From positions 1 to 33,604 of IMG/VR virus record IMGVR_UViG_3300030330_005856: a stretch of DNA of 33,604 nucleotides; one strand, given 5' to 3'. A program made the translations under genes and the position numbers. Positions within the stretch are counted from its first letter, which is position 1. Each line of letters starts with the position of its first letter. The notes under the pieces were generated by a model that had not been told where the DNA came from, did no database searches, and was given only the letters and a program-made list of their open reading frames with translations. Source of the stretch: a virus (lineage: Duplodnaviria > Caudoviricetes). Shown in pieces: positions 19,453 through 29,610 of this stretch.

Positions 19453-21150
19453 TTAATCTACCTTAAAACCACGAGCTCTTAATAAATCACTCCTTGATAT
19501 TATTTCTACTTTACATTTATTTCCATAAGTTGAATTAACAACACTAGCATTATTAAATGGTTCAATGTGATTCATCCAAAAGTTATGATTGGTTTGCAAA
19601 TCTGAAAATTCAAAACTAGCTTCTTCTTGAATATCAGGATTAAATGTTGCACATATGAAATACCACTCACTAAAATCTTGAGGTATTCTTGTGTTGTTAA
19701 ACATAGATAATATATTTGAACCTGTAATACCATCAGCTCCTACAAATGGTGTAAAAGTTTGTTTAACCATATGTGGATTAGCAGTATGTGAATCATGTGT
19801 TTTGTCATTGTTGTTATCATACACAACTAATCTTACAAATCTTTCTGATTCGGTATCTGTAAACAATGCTCCATTTGGATTATCAGGTCCAACCACAGAT
19901 GAATATCCATTAACCCCTTCAAATGTTGAAGCTCCTCCACTTAAACCAGTTGGACTATCAGGTGAGAGAACAAATGTGTCTAATGTAAAACCAAATGGTA
20001 ATGCATCTCTTAATGGATTACCAAAGTTAAACAATGTACCTTCTGATACCTTGTCTAAAAATCTAACCCACATTGTAATGGTAAAACCTGTTTGTAAATA
20101 AGTTGGATTTTCAGGATCTAACCCTTCAATAAAATCTTGATTTGTATTTCTTACAATAATACCTTGATTTAAATTTCTAAATTTTAAATATCCATCCGAT
20201 TGATTACGATATACTATTCTATTATCTTCTGGTGGTATACCTTCTTCATCAATATCTTTTAAGTATTCACTCAATTCATTTCTTAAAGATTGAATTGATT
20301 TCCCAATATTTAAACCACTTTCTTTATCTTCTAATCTTGTTATAAATCCATCTTCTTCATCACTTGCACCAGGTGCTCCATTTTGTGCGGCTGATATACT
20401 ATTGTCTAAATAATATTGTTCCGAACCAATCCATTCACCAGTATCTTGATTTCTATTTATTCTACCAAATTCATCAAACCACTCACTGTCAGGAATATCA
20501 GGTGGTAGTAAAGTTCTAAGTTCTGATATAGCATTATCTATTCTTTCTTGTCTTATTGAACTACCAGGAAGTAATTCATAAATATTTGTATCTAAAAACT
20601 CTTCAGCTTGAAGTTTATTTATAGATGTTGCTGTAGTGTCAATGGATAAAAATTGACTTATGTTTACAGGATTTCTTGAACCATCTTGATTAACTCCAGA
20701 CAATAATTCACTAACATCAAAAGGACCTATGTCGGTTGTTTGAACCTCTAGTAGTATTCCCACATCATATATTTCACCCTCACCAAGTGGGATAATTGTA
20801 ACTTGAACATTTTCAAGAAAATGTCCAGAACTTTTCAAAGTATCAATTATACCTTCAAAAGTTCTACCATTTGAATCTATGTTTTGTAAATCTTGACCAT
20901 TAGCTTTTATATCTTTTTGAAATAAAAGTAATGTGTCTGCATTAGTTCTACCAACTGAAATAATACCATCTCGAATTGTTTTTTGATTCCTTTGTAAAAA
21001 ATTTTTATCAACTGCCAAGTCAGTATTTAAAATCAATGCATCTGCAATTTTATCTAACAAATTTTCAGTTGTTATTTCTGTTGCTTGTGTGTTTGGAGAT
21101 GGATTATAAAAATCATCACCAGGTATTACTTGTCCATTATACTCAGCCAT
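19453..21150 (-). CDS. Virion protein with C-terminal LamG-like domain
   Basis: GFTITMWVRF...TLFNFG and EWYFICATFN are LamG/concanavalin-A-like strands; located in the baseplate module. Confidence 0.55.
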   Translation of the reverse strand: MAEYNGQVIPGDDFYNPSPNTQATEITTENLLDKIADALILNTDLAVDKNFLQRNQKTIRDGIISVGRTNADTLLLFQKDIKANGQDLQNIDSNGRTFEGIIDTLKSSGHFLENVQVTIIPLGEGEIYDVGILLEVQTTDIGPFDVSELLSGVNQDGSRNPVNISQFLSIDTTATSINKLQAEEFLDTNIYELLPGSSIRQERIDNAISELRTLLPPDIPDSEWFDEFGRINRNQDTGEWIGSEQYYLDNSISAAQNGAPGASDEEDGFITRLEDKESGLNIGKSIQSLRNELSEYLKDIDEEGIPPEDNRIVYRNQSDGYLKFRNLNQGIIVRNTNQDFIEGLDPENPTYLQTGFTITMWVRFLDKVSEGTLFNFGNPLRDALPFGFTLDTFVLSPDSPTGLSGGASTFEGVNGYSSVVGPDNPNGALFTDTESERFVRLVVYDNNNDKTHDSHTANPHMVKQTFTPFVGADGITGSNILSMFNNTRIPQDFSEWYFICATFNPDIQEEASFEFSDLQTNHNFWMNHIEPFNNASVVNSTYGNKCKVEIISRSDLLRARGFKVD

Positions 21151-21152
21151 AT

Positions 21153-22262
21153 TTATTTCCTTTTAACTATAAATTCAAAATCATCATCAAATATTTGTTC
21201 TTGTCCATCATCATATTTTAATTTTAATTGTATTTTATAAACCCTATCAGGATAGAATCCATCTAAGTATTGTATAAAATAATTTGAATTACTATCACAA
21301 CTCATTGATGTGAATCCACTGAATGGAACAATGAACTCATCAGTAGCGACATCTTTAATCGCATATGAACCACTACCCTCAGGTATATATGATGCACTTA
21401 CAGTTTGAACCGAAGTAGAAAAAGATTTTTGAATATATCTTTTTCTAGCACCAACTCTGAACTTAACTCTTTCACCCACTTTATACTCTTCTCTCAAACC
21501 TTTCATATATAAAAAGTTATCAGCTAATCCAGTTGTCGTTAATTCAATTAATGAACCTGTGTTAGAGCCAGTACAAGGTAAATGGTCGTCCCATTTAACT
21601 TCAAGTCGTGGTGAGAAAATTGTATGTGTGTTTCTTGAGAAAAATTTTAGATGTCCATGACGAAAAGAATCTGTCTCTTGACTACCACTAAAACGAAGTA
21701 ACATACCATAATTAAAAGCTTGTCCTTTCAACCACATATTTACCATATCAGTTACATCCATATTAACATCGGGTGATTGATTTGTAAATGATTGTGCTGA
21801 TGAACTTACAGTTAATACAGTAACACCAGGAGTTACCCAAGTTGTAGCAGTTCCACCCAATATGTTTGTTGTGTTTTCCCAACTACACCCATGAACATTC
21901 TTAGGATTATCACCAAACTTACCCGTTCCCTCATTCCAAGATTCTGATATTGGTTGAGCTGATAAAATATATTGTGTATCTGAAAATTCAGAATTACCCT
22001 CTGCTTCATAGAGTCTTAAAAAATATTTTGCATCAGCAGATATAGTCCCATCTGATACTGACTTTGACATTTCAGTAAACTCCGTTCCACTAAAATTAAC
22101 TAATGCTCTTGTTGGATAATTAAAAGCATCATTAAAAAATTCTTTTTTAACTTCAAGTATTTGGTCTCTTCCAAAGTTTTGGTCTTTGAAAGATTCACCT
22201 GTTATAGTTGATGAACCACTTGAAATCCAAGTGTCTTGTGTTGGAAAAATAAAATGATGCAT
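21153..22262 (-). CDS. Virion structural protein with DNRLRE-like N-terminal domain
   Basis: DTWI...NFG...LEV...RALVNF...LRLY...SWNEGTG...DVTDMVNMW...NYGMLL...F.S....PRLEVKWDD pattern; directly downstream of gp6. Confidence 0.6.
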   Translation of the reverse strand: MHHFIFPTQDTWISSGSSTITGESFKDQNFGRDQILEVKKEFFNDAFNYPTRALVNFSGTEFTEMSKSVSDGTISADAKYFLRLYEAEGNSEFSDTQYILSAQPISESWNEGTGKFGDNPKNVHGCSWENTTNILGGTATTWVTPGVTVLTVSSSAQSFTNQSPDVNMDVTDMVNMWLKGQAFNYGMLLRFSGSQETDSFRHGHLKFFSRNTHTIFSPRLEVKWDDHLPCTGSNTGSLIELTTTGLADNFLYMKGLREEYKVGERVKFRVGARKRYIQKSFSTSVQTVSASYIPEGSGSYAIKDVATDEFIVPFSGFTSMSCDSNSNYFIQYLDGFYPDRVYKIQLKLKYDDGQEQIFDDDFEFIVKRK

Positions 22263-24529
22263 TATCTAACCCTCCCTTGTATATTCTGATTTGGATTCTT
22301 TAATTCAAAAACTGCTGGTGTTGATAGTTCCGGCGGTCTTATTATTCCATCAACTAAAGCAGCTTGAAAGTCATAATAATAACTATAACCAGTAGTTCCA
22401 GTTGATTCGAAACCACCATATGTTCCATCACCATTATCTAACTCTGTGTTGAATGAATACAAATAAGTTGGATTGGGATGTAAAGTTTGGTCAGCTGTAC
22501 CTAAAAATTCTCCATCACTATTGTACCCAAAATAATAATCATCTTGTTGTGTTATTGTTAAATGATTTAATGAACGAACACCTTCAACACCCATTATTTC
22601 ATATTCTAATTTACTTTTATAAATTGGTTGATTGAATTGCATTTTTTCAATTTGAAAGTATTCTTTAATTTTTTCTATACATTTTATTTTTACTTGATTT
22701 TTATCAGCATATTTTTCAGCTACAACATCAAAAAATACACCAAAGTTAACAATAAATCCATTTATAATATTAACAGAATCTGTTAACATTCTAAAATTAG
22801 ATAAATAATTTTTAATATTATTTTGTAATGTTACTGGAATACTTATGTCTTGTTCAATTGGATTACCAACTAATTGTTTTAAATTATCATAAGCTAAAAT
22901 GTAAATGTTAATTGATGATAAATCAAAAGTTGTTAAATCTGAATAACCATTAATATTTCGTATTACGTCTCCTATTTGGTCTGAATTATTTTCTATAGAA
23001 CGAGAAAAATCTTCAAGTAATTGTGTAGTTACTACATAACCACCAGCTTGGTTAGGAATGGTAAACATTTCATTTTTAATCCTATCTAAATCATCAATAA
23101 ACTTTTGAAAACTAGTATCAAGAGAAGTTAAAGCAGTTGAAAATAGTTGTTGATTTACATTAGGCGTAGTATCATCACCACTTCTCGTTACATAAACTTT
23201 TGCAATATTTCCAAATCTCGCAGGTATGTTTAATACTCTTGCTTCGTAATCCTCTTTAGTTACACATCTGTTTTGTGTTGAGAAAAATGATTTTGACTTT
23301 TCTCTAATCTCATCTACAGTTTCTTCATCTTTTCCACCACGAGCTGGAACATTATTTGTAACAGTTAAATCATTAATTGTTCCACCACTTCCATTCATAG
23401 CAGTTCCATCTTGTATGATTGTTAAATCACTACTTGGTAGATTAGCATCAATTCCCCCACCAACACGATAAGTAATTGTTAAAGTTGTATTGTTTGGCGT
23501 CTCACCCAATGTTGAATATTCATCACCCAACAATGGATTTATTGTTTCATTTAAATCATTTGCTTGTCCAGGAACAACAACACCAACTTGTTCTAAATCT
23601 ATAAAATCACTATCAACCAATTGACCATTTTTCAACACACCATTTCCAAAAATTAATGATGTAGTATTGTCAACATTAGTTTCTCTTGTAAATCTTTTTG
23701 ATGTTTTAATGTATTGCAAAGAAAAAGGAACTTCTATATTAGATGTTGAATTATCAAGAGCATTTGAATAAGCACTTTCTCTATTACTATCATTTGTATA
23801 GTGTGTTTCAATTGGTACTTTATCTTGAGCTAAAAAATCAACTTCATACCATTTATTCCCATTTGAATCCACACAAGAAATAATATCAATAACATTTGTA
23901 TCAGATAAAGTTATTTTTTTAAATTTTTCAGGAGCCCCTATTGAAAAAGTAGAAGTTTTTTGTTTACCACTAACTGCCCTAACGACTCTTGTACATGAAT
24001 AGTCAGAGGCTAAACCTGTTGTAGAATTAAACGTATTAACAGTATTTGTATCAGCACTTTGTGATATTTTAAAATCCAAAACCTCCAATGTTTCAAACAC
24101 AACTCCATTTGTAGTTCCTTTAACTTGTAATCCCCTATCAATTATTGCGCCAGTAGAATAATCAATTTTTGAACTATCAGTTGAGTTTGCTGTTAAATTT
24201 TGAGTAAATGTTAAATCAACATATGCTGGAACGATTGGTTTTACTTTATAACCAAACATTTTAGCTAAATTAATTACATTTCTTCTTTCCTCAGCAAGTG
24301 GTAACAACATCTCACGATATTGTTGGTCAACATAAAACGATAACACATCACCAACATATGCATTCATTTCTAATAACATCATACCTGGTGACGTTTCATT
24401 AAAATCACGGTATGTGTTTGGAAAATAAGATTTTGCATAATCCATTAAAGATTGTTTTAATGATGAAAAATCTTTGTTTAAATAATTTACATTTGATTCT
24501 TTAAAATCATTTTTACCATATGTAGGCAT
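22262..24529 (-). CDS. gp6: Baseplate wedge subunit, T4 gp6/P2 gpJ-like
   Basis: YLNKDFSSLKQSL...YFPNTYRDF...GMMLLEMNAYVGDVLSFYVD; FGNG; ITYRVGGG; GGKDEETVDEIR...QNRCVTKEDY. Confidence 0.93.
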   Translation of the reverse strand: MPTYGKNDFKESNVNYLNKDFSSLKQSLMDYAKSYFPNTYRDFNETSPGMMLLEMNAYVGDVLSFYVDQQYREMLLPLAEERRNVINLAKMFGYKVKPIVPAYVDLTFTQNLTANSTDSSKIDYSTGAIIDRGLQVKGTTNGVVFETLEVLDFKISQSADTNTVNTFNSTTGLASDYSCTRVVRAVSGKQKTSTFSIGAPEKFKKITLSDTNVIDIISCVDSNGNKWYEVDFLAQDKVPIETHYTNDSNRESAYSNALDNSTSNIEVPFSLQYIKTSKRFTRETNVDNTTSLIFGNGVLKNGQLVDSDFIDLEQVGVVVPGQANDLNETINPLLGDEYSTLGETPNNTTLTITYRVGGGIDANLPSSDLTIIQDGTAMNGSGGTINDLTVTNNVPARGGKDEETVDEIREKSKSFFSTQNRCVTKEDYEARVLNIPARFGNIAKVYVTRSGDDTTPNVNQQLFSTALTSLDTSFQKFIDDLDRIKNEMFTIPNQAGGYVVTTQLLEDFSRSIENNSDQIGDVIRNINGYSDLTTFDLSSINIYILAYDNLKQLVGNPIEQDISIPVTLQNNIKNYLSNFRMLTDSVNIINGFIVNFGVFFDVVAEKYADKNQVKIKCIEKIKEYFQIEKMQFNQPIYKSKLEYEIMGVEGVRSLNHLTITQQDDYYFGYNSDGEFLGTADQTLHPNPTYLYSFNTELDNGDGTYGGFESTGTTGYSYYYDFQAALVDGIIRPPELSTPAVFELKNPNQNIQGRVR

Positions 24530-24543
24530 TTTTTTATCTCCAA

Positions 24544-25032
24544 TTAATATCCACCACTATCAACTGAACCTAAACTTTCATTAACATCACTTTGAAAATT
24601 TAAAGTAACAGAGTCTAAAGTGTTTGGGTCTTGTATTATATTAAATACAATTTTTACTCTGATTTCAGAAGTTCCAACTAATTGATTTTCCTCTGATGTT
24701 TCTATTTGTATATCTCTAACTTGTACAAATGGTAACCAAAAACTAAATGTGTCTAAAATAGAATCTTGTATACCAATTATACTCTCTTCATTAATTTGTT
24801 CAAACAAAATTTGTTTTAAATTTAAACCAAGATTTGGTTGCATTAATCTTTCACCTTGATTGGTATTTAATAAATTTCTTATGTTATTTTTTACAGACTC
24901 GATGGTGGTAGTAGTTGATGCAAACCAACCACCTTTTATATCATCTCGTCTAATTGGTAAATCAATACCAACTTTAACATTTGCATCATTATCAACTATA
25001 TAAGGTTTTTTTGATATGTCTTTAACAGCCAT
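24544..25032 (-). CDS. gp25: Baseplate wedge subunit, gp25/GPW family
   Basis: VKNNIRNLLNTNQGERLMQPNLGLNLKQILFE...WLPFVQVRDI; adjacent to gp6. Confidence 0.92.
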   Translation of the reverse strand: MAVKDISKKPYIVDNDANVKVGIDLPIRRDDIKGGWFASTTTTIESVKNNIRNLLNTNQGERLMQPNLGLNLKQILFEQINEESIIGIQDSILDTFSFWLPFVQVRDIQIETSEENQLVGTSEIRVKIVFNIIQDPNTLDSVTLNFQSDVNESLGSVDSGGY

Positions 25033-25616
25033 TATAATAATTCCTCTATATCTTCTCTAAAAACTTTTACTGTTGTAAAATCTCTCTGTCCATCAGTATC
25101 CGTTACATCAAATGATTTAAGAGCCTCTGGATCTTCACCAATGTAAACATAACCCTGTGAAATTAATCCACCACCATCACCTTGTTGTCCATCCTTTGAT
25201 ATGTTAAATCCTTTAAATACCGCACCACCCTTCGTGAGAGGTCTAACCGCTTGTCTAATAGCTGCTTCAAGTTCGTCAACTAAACTATCTATAACTTGTC
25301 CAGCTCCTGGAATTACTTCACCAATTTTTTTTAAAGTTTTTAATATTGGAGCTTTATCTCCAAGTAAAGTTTCAATCTTAATGTTGACAGGTTGCTCTGG
25401 TGTTTTTAAATCTTCAACAACTACAGGAGCTTTTAGTTGAGTGATTGTAAATTCACATTGTGTTATGAAGTTTGCTATAGCTTCAGTTTGATAATGAGCT
25501 AATCTTTCTGCATAAGAACCATCAGATGTATCAGGTAAATTCGAAGAATCTCCATCTGGATTCGTATCAACATATGCTGATGTTACTGCATCTAATAAAT
25601 CTTGTTTTAATCCCAT
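25032..25616 (-). CDS. Hypothetical protein (baseplate module)
   Basis: 194-aa ORF, stop overlaps the gp25 start (TAATG); no family recognised. Confidence 0.7.
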   Translation of the reverse strand: MGLKQDLLDAVTSAYVDTNPDGDSSNLPDTSDGSYAERLAHYQTEAIANFITQCEFTITQLKAPVVVEDLKTPEQPVNIKIETLLGDKAPILKTLKKIGEVIPGAGQVIDSLVDELEAAIRQAVRPLTKGGAVFKGFNISKDGQQGDGGGLISQGYVYIGEDPEALKSFDVTDTDGQRDFTTVKVFREDIEELL

Positions 25617-25618
25617 TT

Positions 25619-26017
25619 TTATCTTCCGTGTTTTCTATTTGATTTTTCTATTGACTTTTCCAATACTTCACTATAATCTTTATTTAAAAATTGTGACATT
25701 GGGTCACTTGATGGAACTTGTTGTGGTGTTGTATTTACCATGTCACCATATTGTCTACCAACTAATTCATTCATTCTATCAGAAGTAAACTCTCCACCAC
25801 CCAATGTTTTCCAATCACCATCTTGAGCTGTTTCATTCAATACATCATTCAATACTGAATTTTTTGTAAATGATTTTTTTTCAACAATTTTTTTCGGTTG
25901 TGTTTTAGATTCAATTGGTTGTTTCAATTCAGTTATCACTTCCTTGATAGCCATCGCAACTTCCTCTCTAACGATTTGTCTGATTATAGTTTTTATATTT
26001 GGTTTTTTCTTTTTCAT
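25619..26017 (-). CDS. Hypothetical protein
   Basis: 132-aa ORF with GAGG SD; IIRQIVREEV N-terminal helix and LNDVLNETA motif typical of small large-phage proteins; function unknown. Confidence 0.7.
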   Translation of the reverse strand: MKKKKPNIKTIIRQIVREEVAMAIKEVITELKQPIESKTQPKKIVEKKSFTKNSVLNDVLNETAQDGDWKTLGGGEFTSDRMNELVGRQYGDMVNTTPQQVPSSDPMSQFLNKDYSEVLEKSIEKSNRKHGR

Positions 26018-26028
26018 ACTTACCTCTT

Positions 26029-27354
26029 TTAGTTTTCTTCAATAAAATGTTTATTACTTAAAATTGTATCTATATCACTTAAAGCTTTATCTATTGCTGG
26101 TTTAGACACGGCTTTATAACTTGGTGATTTTCCTATTGTTGTTTCTCCCATTTGTGTAAGAATTGTTATTTTTTCAAAAATATTAACAATACTTTTTAAA
26201 GCTGTTTGTAATTTTTTACCCAACACTAAATTATCCATTTCCTTTTTATTGGGGTCACCTAAATTAGTTCTTTCAGATTCTATTATTAAACTATCAGCTG
26301 TTGAAATTGTTAAATGTCTTTTAGTTCCAATGTGAATATCATTACTTGATGATAAATAAATATCATTAGTTTTTGAATTAATTATTATTCTATCTGAATA
26401 AAATAACATTTGATTATTATTTCTTGGTGAAACAGCGTTGGGATTTTCACTTATGTCCACCCTACCAAAATTGTAAATTAAATCATTCGCATCCACATCA
26501 CCATTTACACTCGATACTAATTTTGACATTAGTCTATTTGGTGGCTCTTTAGGTGGGATAACTAAATCAGATGCTAAAACAAAACCATTTATGAAATTAA
26601 GTTTACCTTCAATATCATCTGGATCTGGTTGTATATAATATCCACCAAAGTGTTGGTTTAAACTTCCATTTTTTGTTATAGCAACTAACGACCCATCTGC
26701 TAAACTTTCATATGAGAATGTAGCTTGTCTCCCATTAGATATAAAAATATAAGGATTATCACTTCTACTACCAACCCTAATACTATTACCATGTCTACCT
26801 TCTAACATCAAATCACCATGCGTTTCGTTGAAAACAGTATTTCCATCTAATTTTGGATTCCATTTTTTTGACATTTTATGAAATTTTCTTCTCACAAAAT
26901 TTCTTGATTCACCATTAGCTGTTTTTTTATTTGTTTCTCTATTATTTGTATCGCCTGATAAATTAATTTCAGGCTTTCTTTCTCTATCCACATTAAAGTT
27001 TACACTGTTGTCAGTGTTCAAAGGTCCTAAATAATATTGTGTTCCACCAATTTTACAAAGTAAAACTGGATCACCTTTAGCTGGTACGTCAACGAACCCC
27101 CTCATTAGTGGAAAATACCTATCACTATCAGTTAAACTAGTTCTTTTTTTCTTCACACCTTTTGTAATATGTGGTAGCGCATAAATACTACTTACATTTT
27201 TTGGGTCATTAAATGAATTTAATGTTTCTTTACTCGTGATTACCTCACAACATTCACCAGGTACAAATTGTAAATATATAGGAGTATTAAGTGAAGAACC
27301 AAACACACCTTTGGTATCTGTTAATTTACCAGCAGTTGTTAAAATAGACGCCAT
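26029..27354 (-). CDS. Baseplate central spike/hub protein, gp5/VgrG-like, no lysozyme domain evident
   Basis: OB-fold-like YFPLM...VPAKGDPVLL...YYLG; GDLMLEGRHGNSIRVGS; beta-helix-like SDRIIINSKTNDIYLSS...; LGD....LVLGKKL; position before gp25/gp6. Confidence 0.7.
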   Translation of the reverse strand: MASILTTAGKLTDTKGVFGSSLNTPIYLQFVPGECCEVITSKETLNSFNDPKNVSSIYALPHITKGVKKKRTSLTDSDRYFPLMRGFVDVPAKGDPVLLCKIGGTQYYLGPLNTDNSVNFNVDRERKPEINLSGDTNNRETNKKTANGESRNFVRRKFHKMSKKWNPKLDGNTVFNETHGDLMLEGRHGNSIRVGSRSDNPYIFISNGRQATFSYESLADGSLVAITKNGSLNQHFGGYYIQPDPDDIEGKLNFINGFVLASDLVIPPKEPPNRLMSKLVSSVNGDVDANDLIYNFGRVDISENPNAVSPRNNNQMLFYSDRIIINSKTNDIYLSSSNDIHIGTKRHLTISTADSLIIESERTNLGDPNKKEMDNLVLGKKLQTALKSIVNIFEKITILTQMGETTIGKSPSYKAVSKPAIDKALSDIDTILSNKHFIEEN

Positions 27355-27355
27355 A

Positions 27356-27760
27356 CTAACTCTCCGAATATCCCTTTTGAATTGTTTTGTCTTTTATACT
27401 TTCGAGACGATGACTTTCTTTTTGTAAATCATCTACAGTATCTTGAAGTGTTCCCATTAATTCTTCTTTTTCTTCATCTGATAATAACATTGATTCATCA
27501 GAATCCCCTTGTGATTTAGAAATTATTCTTTGTAATACACCAGCAAGTTTTACCAAATGTTCGTCATTACGAACAGCCGTATCCATATATTCTTTTATAA
27601 TTGGTGCAACTAATACCACGTCATCAATGGTTGTTATGAATCCGTGTATTTCTGATATTAACAAATCAATTTGAGTTTTACGCTTTGTAGTGTTTTCGTA
27701 AATATCTTTTGTTAAGTCTTGAAAGGTTTTACCCTCGAATATTTCTTTTTCATTTGACAT
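27356..27760 (-). CDS. Hypothetical helical protein, first gene of the late operon
   Basis: 134-aa ORF with AGGAG SD, downstream of the terminator and the 16-bp motif. Confidence 0.7.
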   Translation of the reverse strand: MSNEKEIFEGKTFQDLTKDIYENTTKRKTQIDLLISEIHGFITTIDDVVLVAPIIKEYMDTAVRNDEHLVKLAGVLQRIISKSQGDSDESMLLSDEEKEELMGTLQDTVDDLQKESHRLESIKDKTIQKGYSES

Positions 27761-27782
27761 ACAATCTCCTCAAGATGTAGTT

Positions 27783-27798
27783 ATTCATATATAAATAT
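27783..27798 (-). promoter_or_regulatory. Putative late promoter, copy 2 (sense ATATTTATATATGAAT)
   Basis: Exact 16-bp match to 4972..4987; sits between the terminator and the first structural-operon gene. Confidence 0.65.
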
Positions 27799-27820
27799 AA
27801 AATTTGTAAGAAATTGTATG

Positions 27821-27849
27821 AAATAAAAAACCCTCATTTAAGAGGGTTT
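27821..27849 (-). terminator. Rho-independent terminator after the sigma factor gene
   Basis: Minus strand AAACCCTC-TTAAAT-GAGGGTTT hairpin followed by TTTATTT, a few nt after the stop at 27855. Confidence 0.8.
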
Positions 27850-27854
27850 AGTAT

Positions 27855-28598
27855 TTAAAAAAATTTTGAACCTGATATATCTACTGTAATTGTTCCAGTT
27901 TTATGATATTTATTCATTAATTTTTTGTAGTGTTTTTTTAATACATTAACGACAGTTGTTATATGAGCGGTTTCAACATTTGTCATTTCTCTAATTAAAA
28001 TATAGATAGCTTTTTTATTAAAATTTTCTATTTCTTCTCTCTGTTTAATCAAGTCAATTATAGCATATCCTATTTTTAAATCTCTATCTTTCTTAAAGAT
28101 AGTATTCATATTTGAATCAAAATACTCTATCATTTCTGTTGTAAAAGATTTAAAATCATATTCATCATTACCTTGATATTTATGTCTTTCCAATACATCA
28201 ATTTTATCGTGGGTTTTTATTTTTTTATAATTGTTATTATTATGAAGAATTAAATAATTTTTAGCCACTACAGAAAAATAACTAAATGCCTTTGAACCTT
28301 TGGTGTGGTCATACTTGTGCATATTCATCACCATAAATGCAACCACTTCATGTTTTACATCTTGAAATGGGTCATCAAAATATGTAAACTTAAAAGTATT
28401 GATTATATTTTCAGCTAACTTATCAAATGCAGCGTGTATCCGTGTTCCATAAATTTCATTTCTTTTGGAATTACTTTCAGATGAATTATACTCTACAATA
28501 GCATCTTGAACTTCTTGTCCGAAATAAACTTTACGTTTTTTCTTTTTAGTTATTTTTTTAATCTCTGCTTTTACATCATTAATTTTCTTTTTTGGCAT
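27855..28598 (-). CDS. gp55: Phage late-transcription sigma factor, T4 gp55-like
   Basis: Region-2-like FDKLAENII...FTYF...HKYDHTKGSKAFSYFSVVAKNYLI. Start reassigned to ATG 28598 (MPKKK), which has AGGAG 7 nt upstream. Confidence 0.72.
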   Translation of the reverse strand: MPKKKINDVKAEIKKITKKKKRKVYFGQEVQDAIVEYNSSESNSKRNEIYGTRIHAAFDKLAENIINTFKFTYFDDPFQDVKHEVVAFMVMNMHKYDHTKGSKAFSYFSVVAKNYLILHNNNNYKKIKTHDKIDVLERHKYQGNDEYDFKSFTTEMIEYFDSNMNTIFKKDRDLKIGYAIIDLIKQREEIENFNKKAIYILIREMTNVETAHITTVVNVLKKHYKKLMNKYHKTGTITVDISGSKFF

Positions 28599-28857
28599 TT
28601 TGCATCTCCTCTTCAAATATCCCATCAAGAGATAATTGAATCTGTTTTAATTGTTCAAAGAAAAAACCAGTCTCATCATCTGATTCATAATGTCCTTTAG
28701 AATCTACAAGTTTCATTTTATCTGTTGAGAATTTAATCACTTGTTGAATTTCTAAAATTAATTCTTCATATTGTGTTATTCTTCGTAAAGAGTAATACAC
28801 CAATACAGATGTAAAGATACTTATTAAGAAAAACAATATCGTTAAACCTATCCACAT
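28579..28857 (-). CDS. Small membrane-anchored coiled-coil protein
   Basis: N-terminal hydrophobic helix (WIGLTILFFLISIFTSVLVYY), then a charged helix and ESDDETGFFF; AGGAG SD. Confidence 0.7.
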   Translation of the reverse strand: MWIGLTILFFLISIFTSVLVYYSLRRITQYEELILEIQQVIKFSTDKMKLVDSKGHYESDDETGFFFEQLKQIQLSLDGIFEEEMQNAKKEN

Positions 28858-28866
28858 AATAATCTC

Positions 28867-29610
28867 CTAAGCAAACAACTCATCAAATTTTTGTTTGAGA
28901 TTGTCTACTTGTTTTTGTTCATTTTTTGTTTTTGGAACTTTTGTATTTATTGGTTCTTCAACTTCAGTTCCACGCTTCCATTGGTCGAACTCAATGTGAG
29001 TTGCCATCATATCAGCTTGGTGTAAAATGTAAGCCATATTGGAACGAAGATTGTAATCAGGATTATATGATTTTAAATAAGCTGTATTAGCATCATCGTA
29101 TAAACCATCTGTTAATTTAATTCCAATGTATTCTTTATCCGTAACCTTAACACCATAGTGTTGAAGTAACCACAATCCTCTATCAGGTACCTTCATGTAT
29201 TGAAGTGCTGGATTATGTTTATAAATTGCACCTTGATTTTTTCTGTGCCAATCTGAATCTTGTGGAATGTAATAGTCGTGTTCCAAATCACCAACTTTAC
29301 CTAAGTCGTGATGTAAAGCTGCAAACACTAACTCCTCATCTGTGAAGTTTATTTCAGCTCCATTTTTTTCCCACAATTTTTTTAACTCAAGTGAGTGACT
29401 TACAACATGAAGAATGTGTTCAACATATCCACCCGGCATCGCATTATGAAATGCTTCTTTAGCACTAGCTGGTGCAAACATCATTCTGTCTTGAAAGTCA
29501 TGATACATCTTTAACAAATCATCTCTTCTATCATCACCAATATGTGCATTGATAACATCTATCAATGTATTCCAATTATTTTGTATTTCATCTGCTGTTA
29601 GTTTTTTCAT
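28867..29610 (-). CDS. HD-domain phosphohydrolase
   Basis: APAS...FHNAMPGGYVEHILHV, ALHHDLGKVG, LHQADMMA. Confidence 0.9.
   Translation of the reverse strand: MKKLTADEIQNNWNTLIDVINAHIGDDRRDDLLKMYHDFQDRMMFAPASAKEAFHNAMPGGYVEHILHVVSHSLELKKLWEKNGAEINFTDEELVFAALHHDLGKVGDLEHDYYIPQDSDWHRKNQGAIYKHNPALQYMKVPDRGLWLLQHYGVKVTDKEYIGIKLTDGLYDDANTAYLKSYNPDYNLRSNMAYILHQADMMATHIEFDQWKRGTEVEEPINTKVPKTKNEQKQVDNLKQKFDELFA

Noticed and set aside
28599-28628. ORF-track start of the sigma factor at 28628
   Set aside because: ATG at 28598 has a well-placed AGGAG and gives a smaller overlap with the upstream gene.
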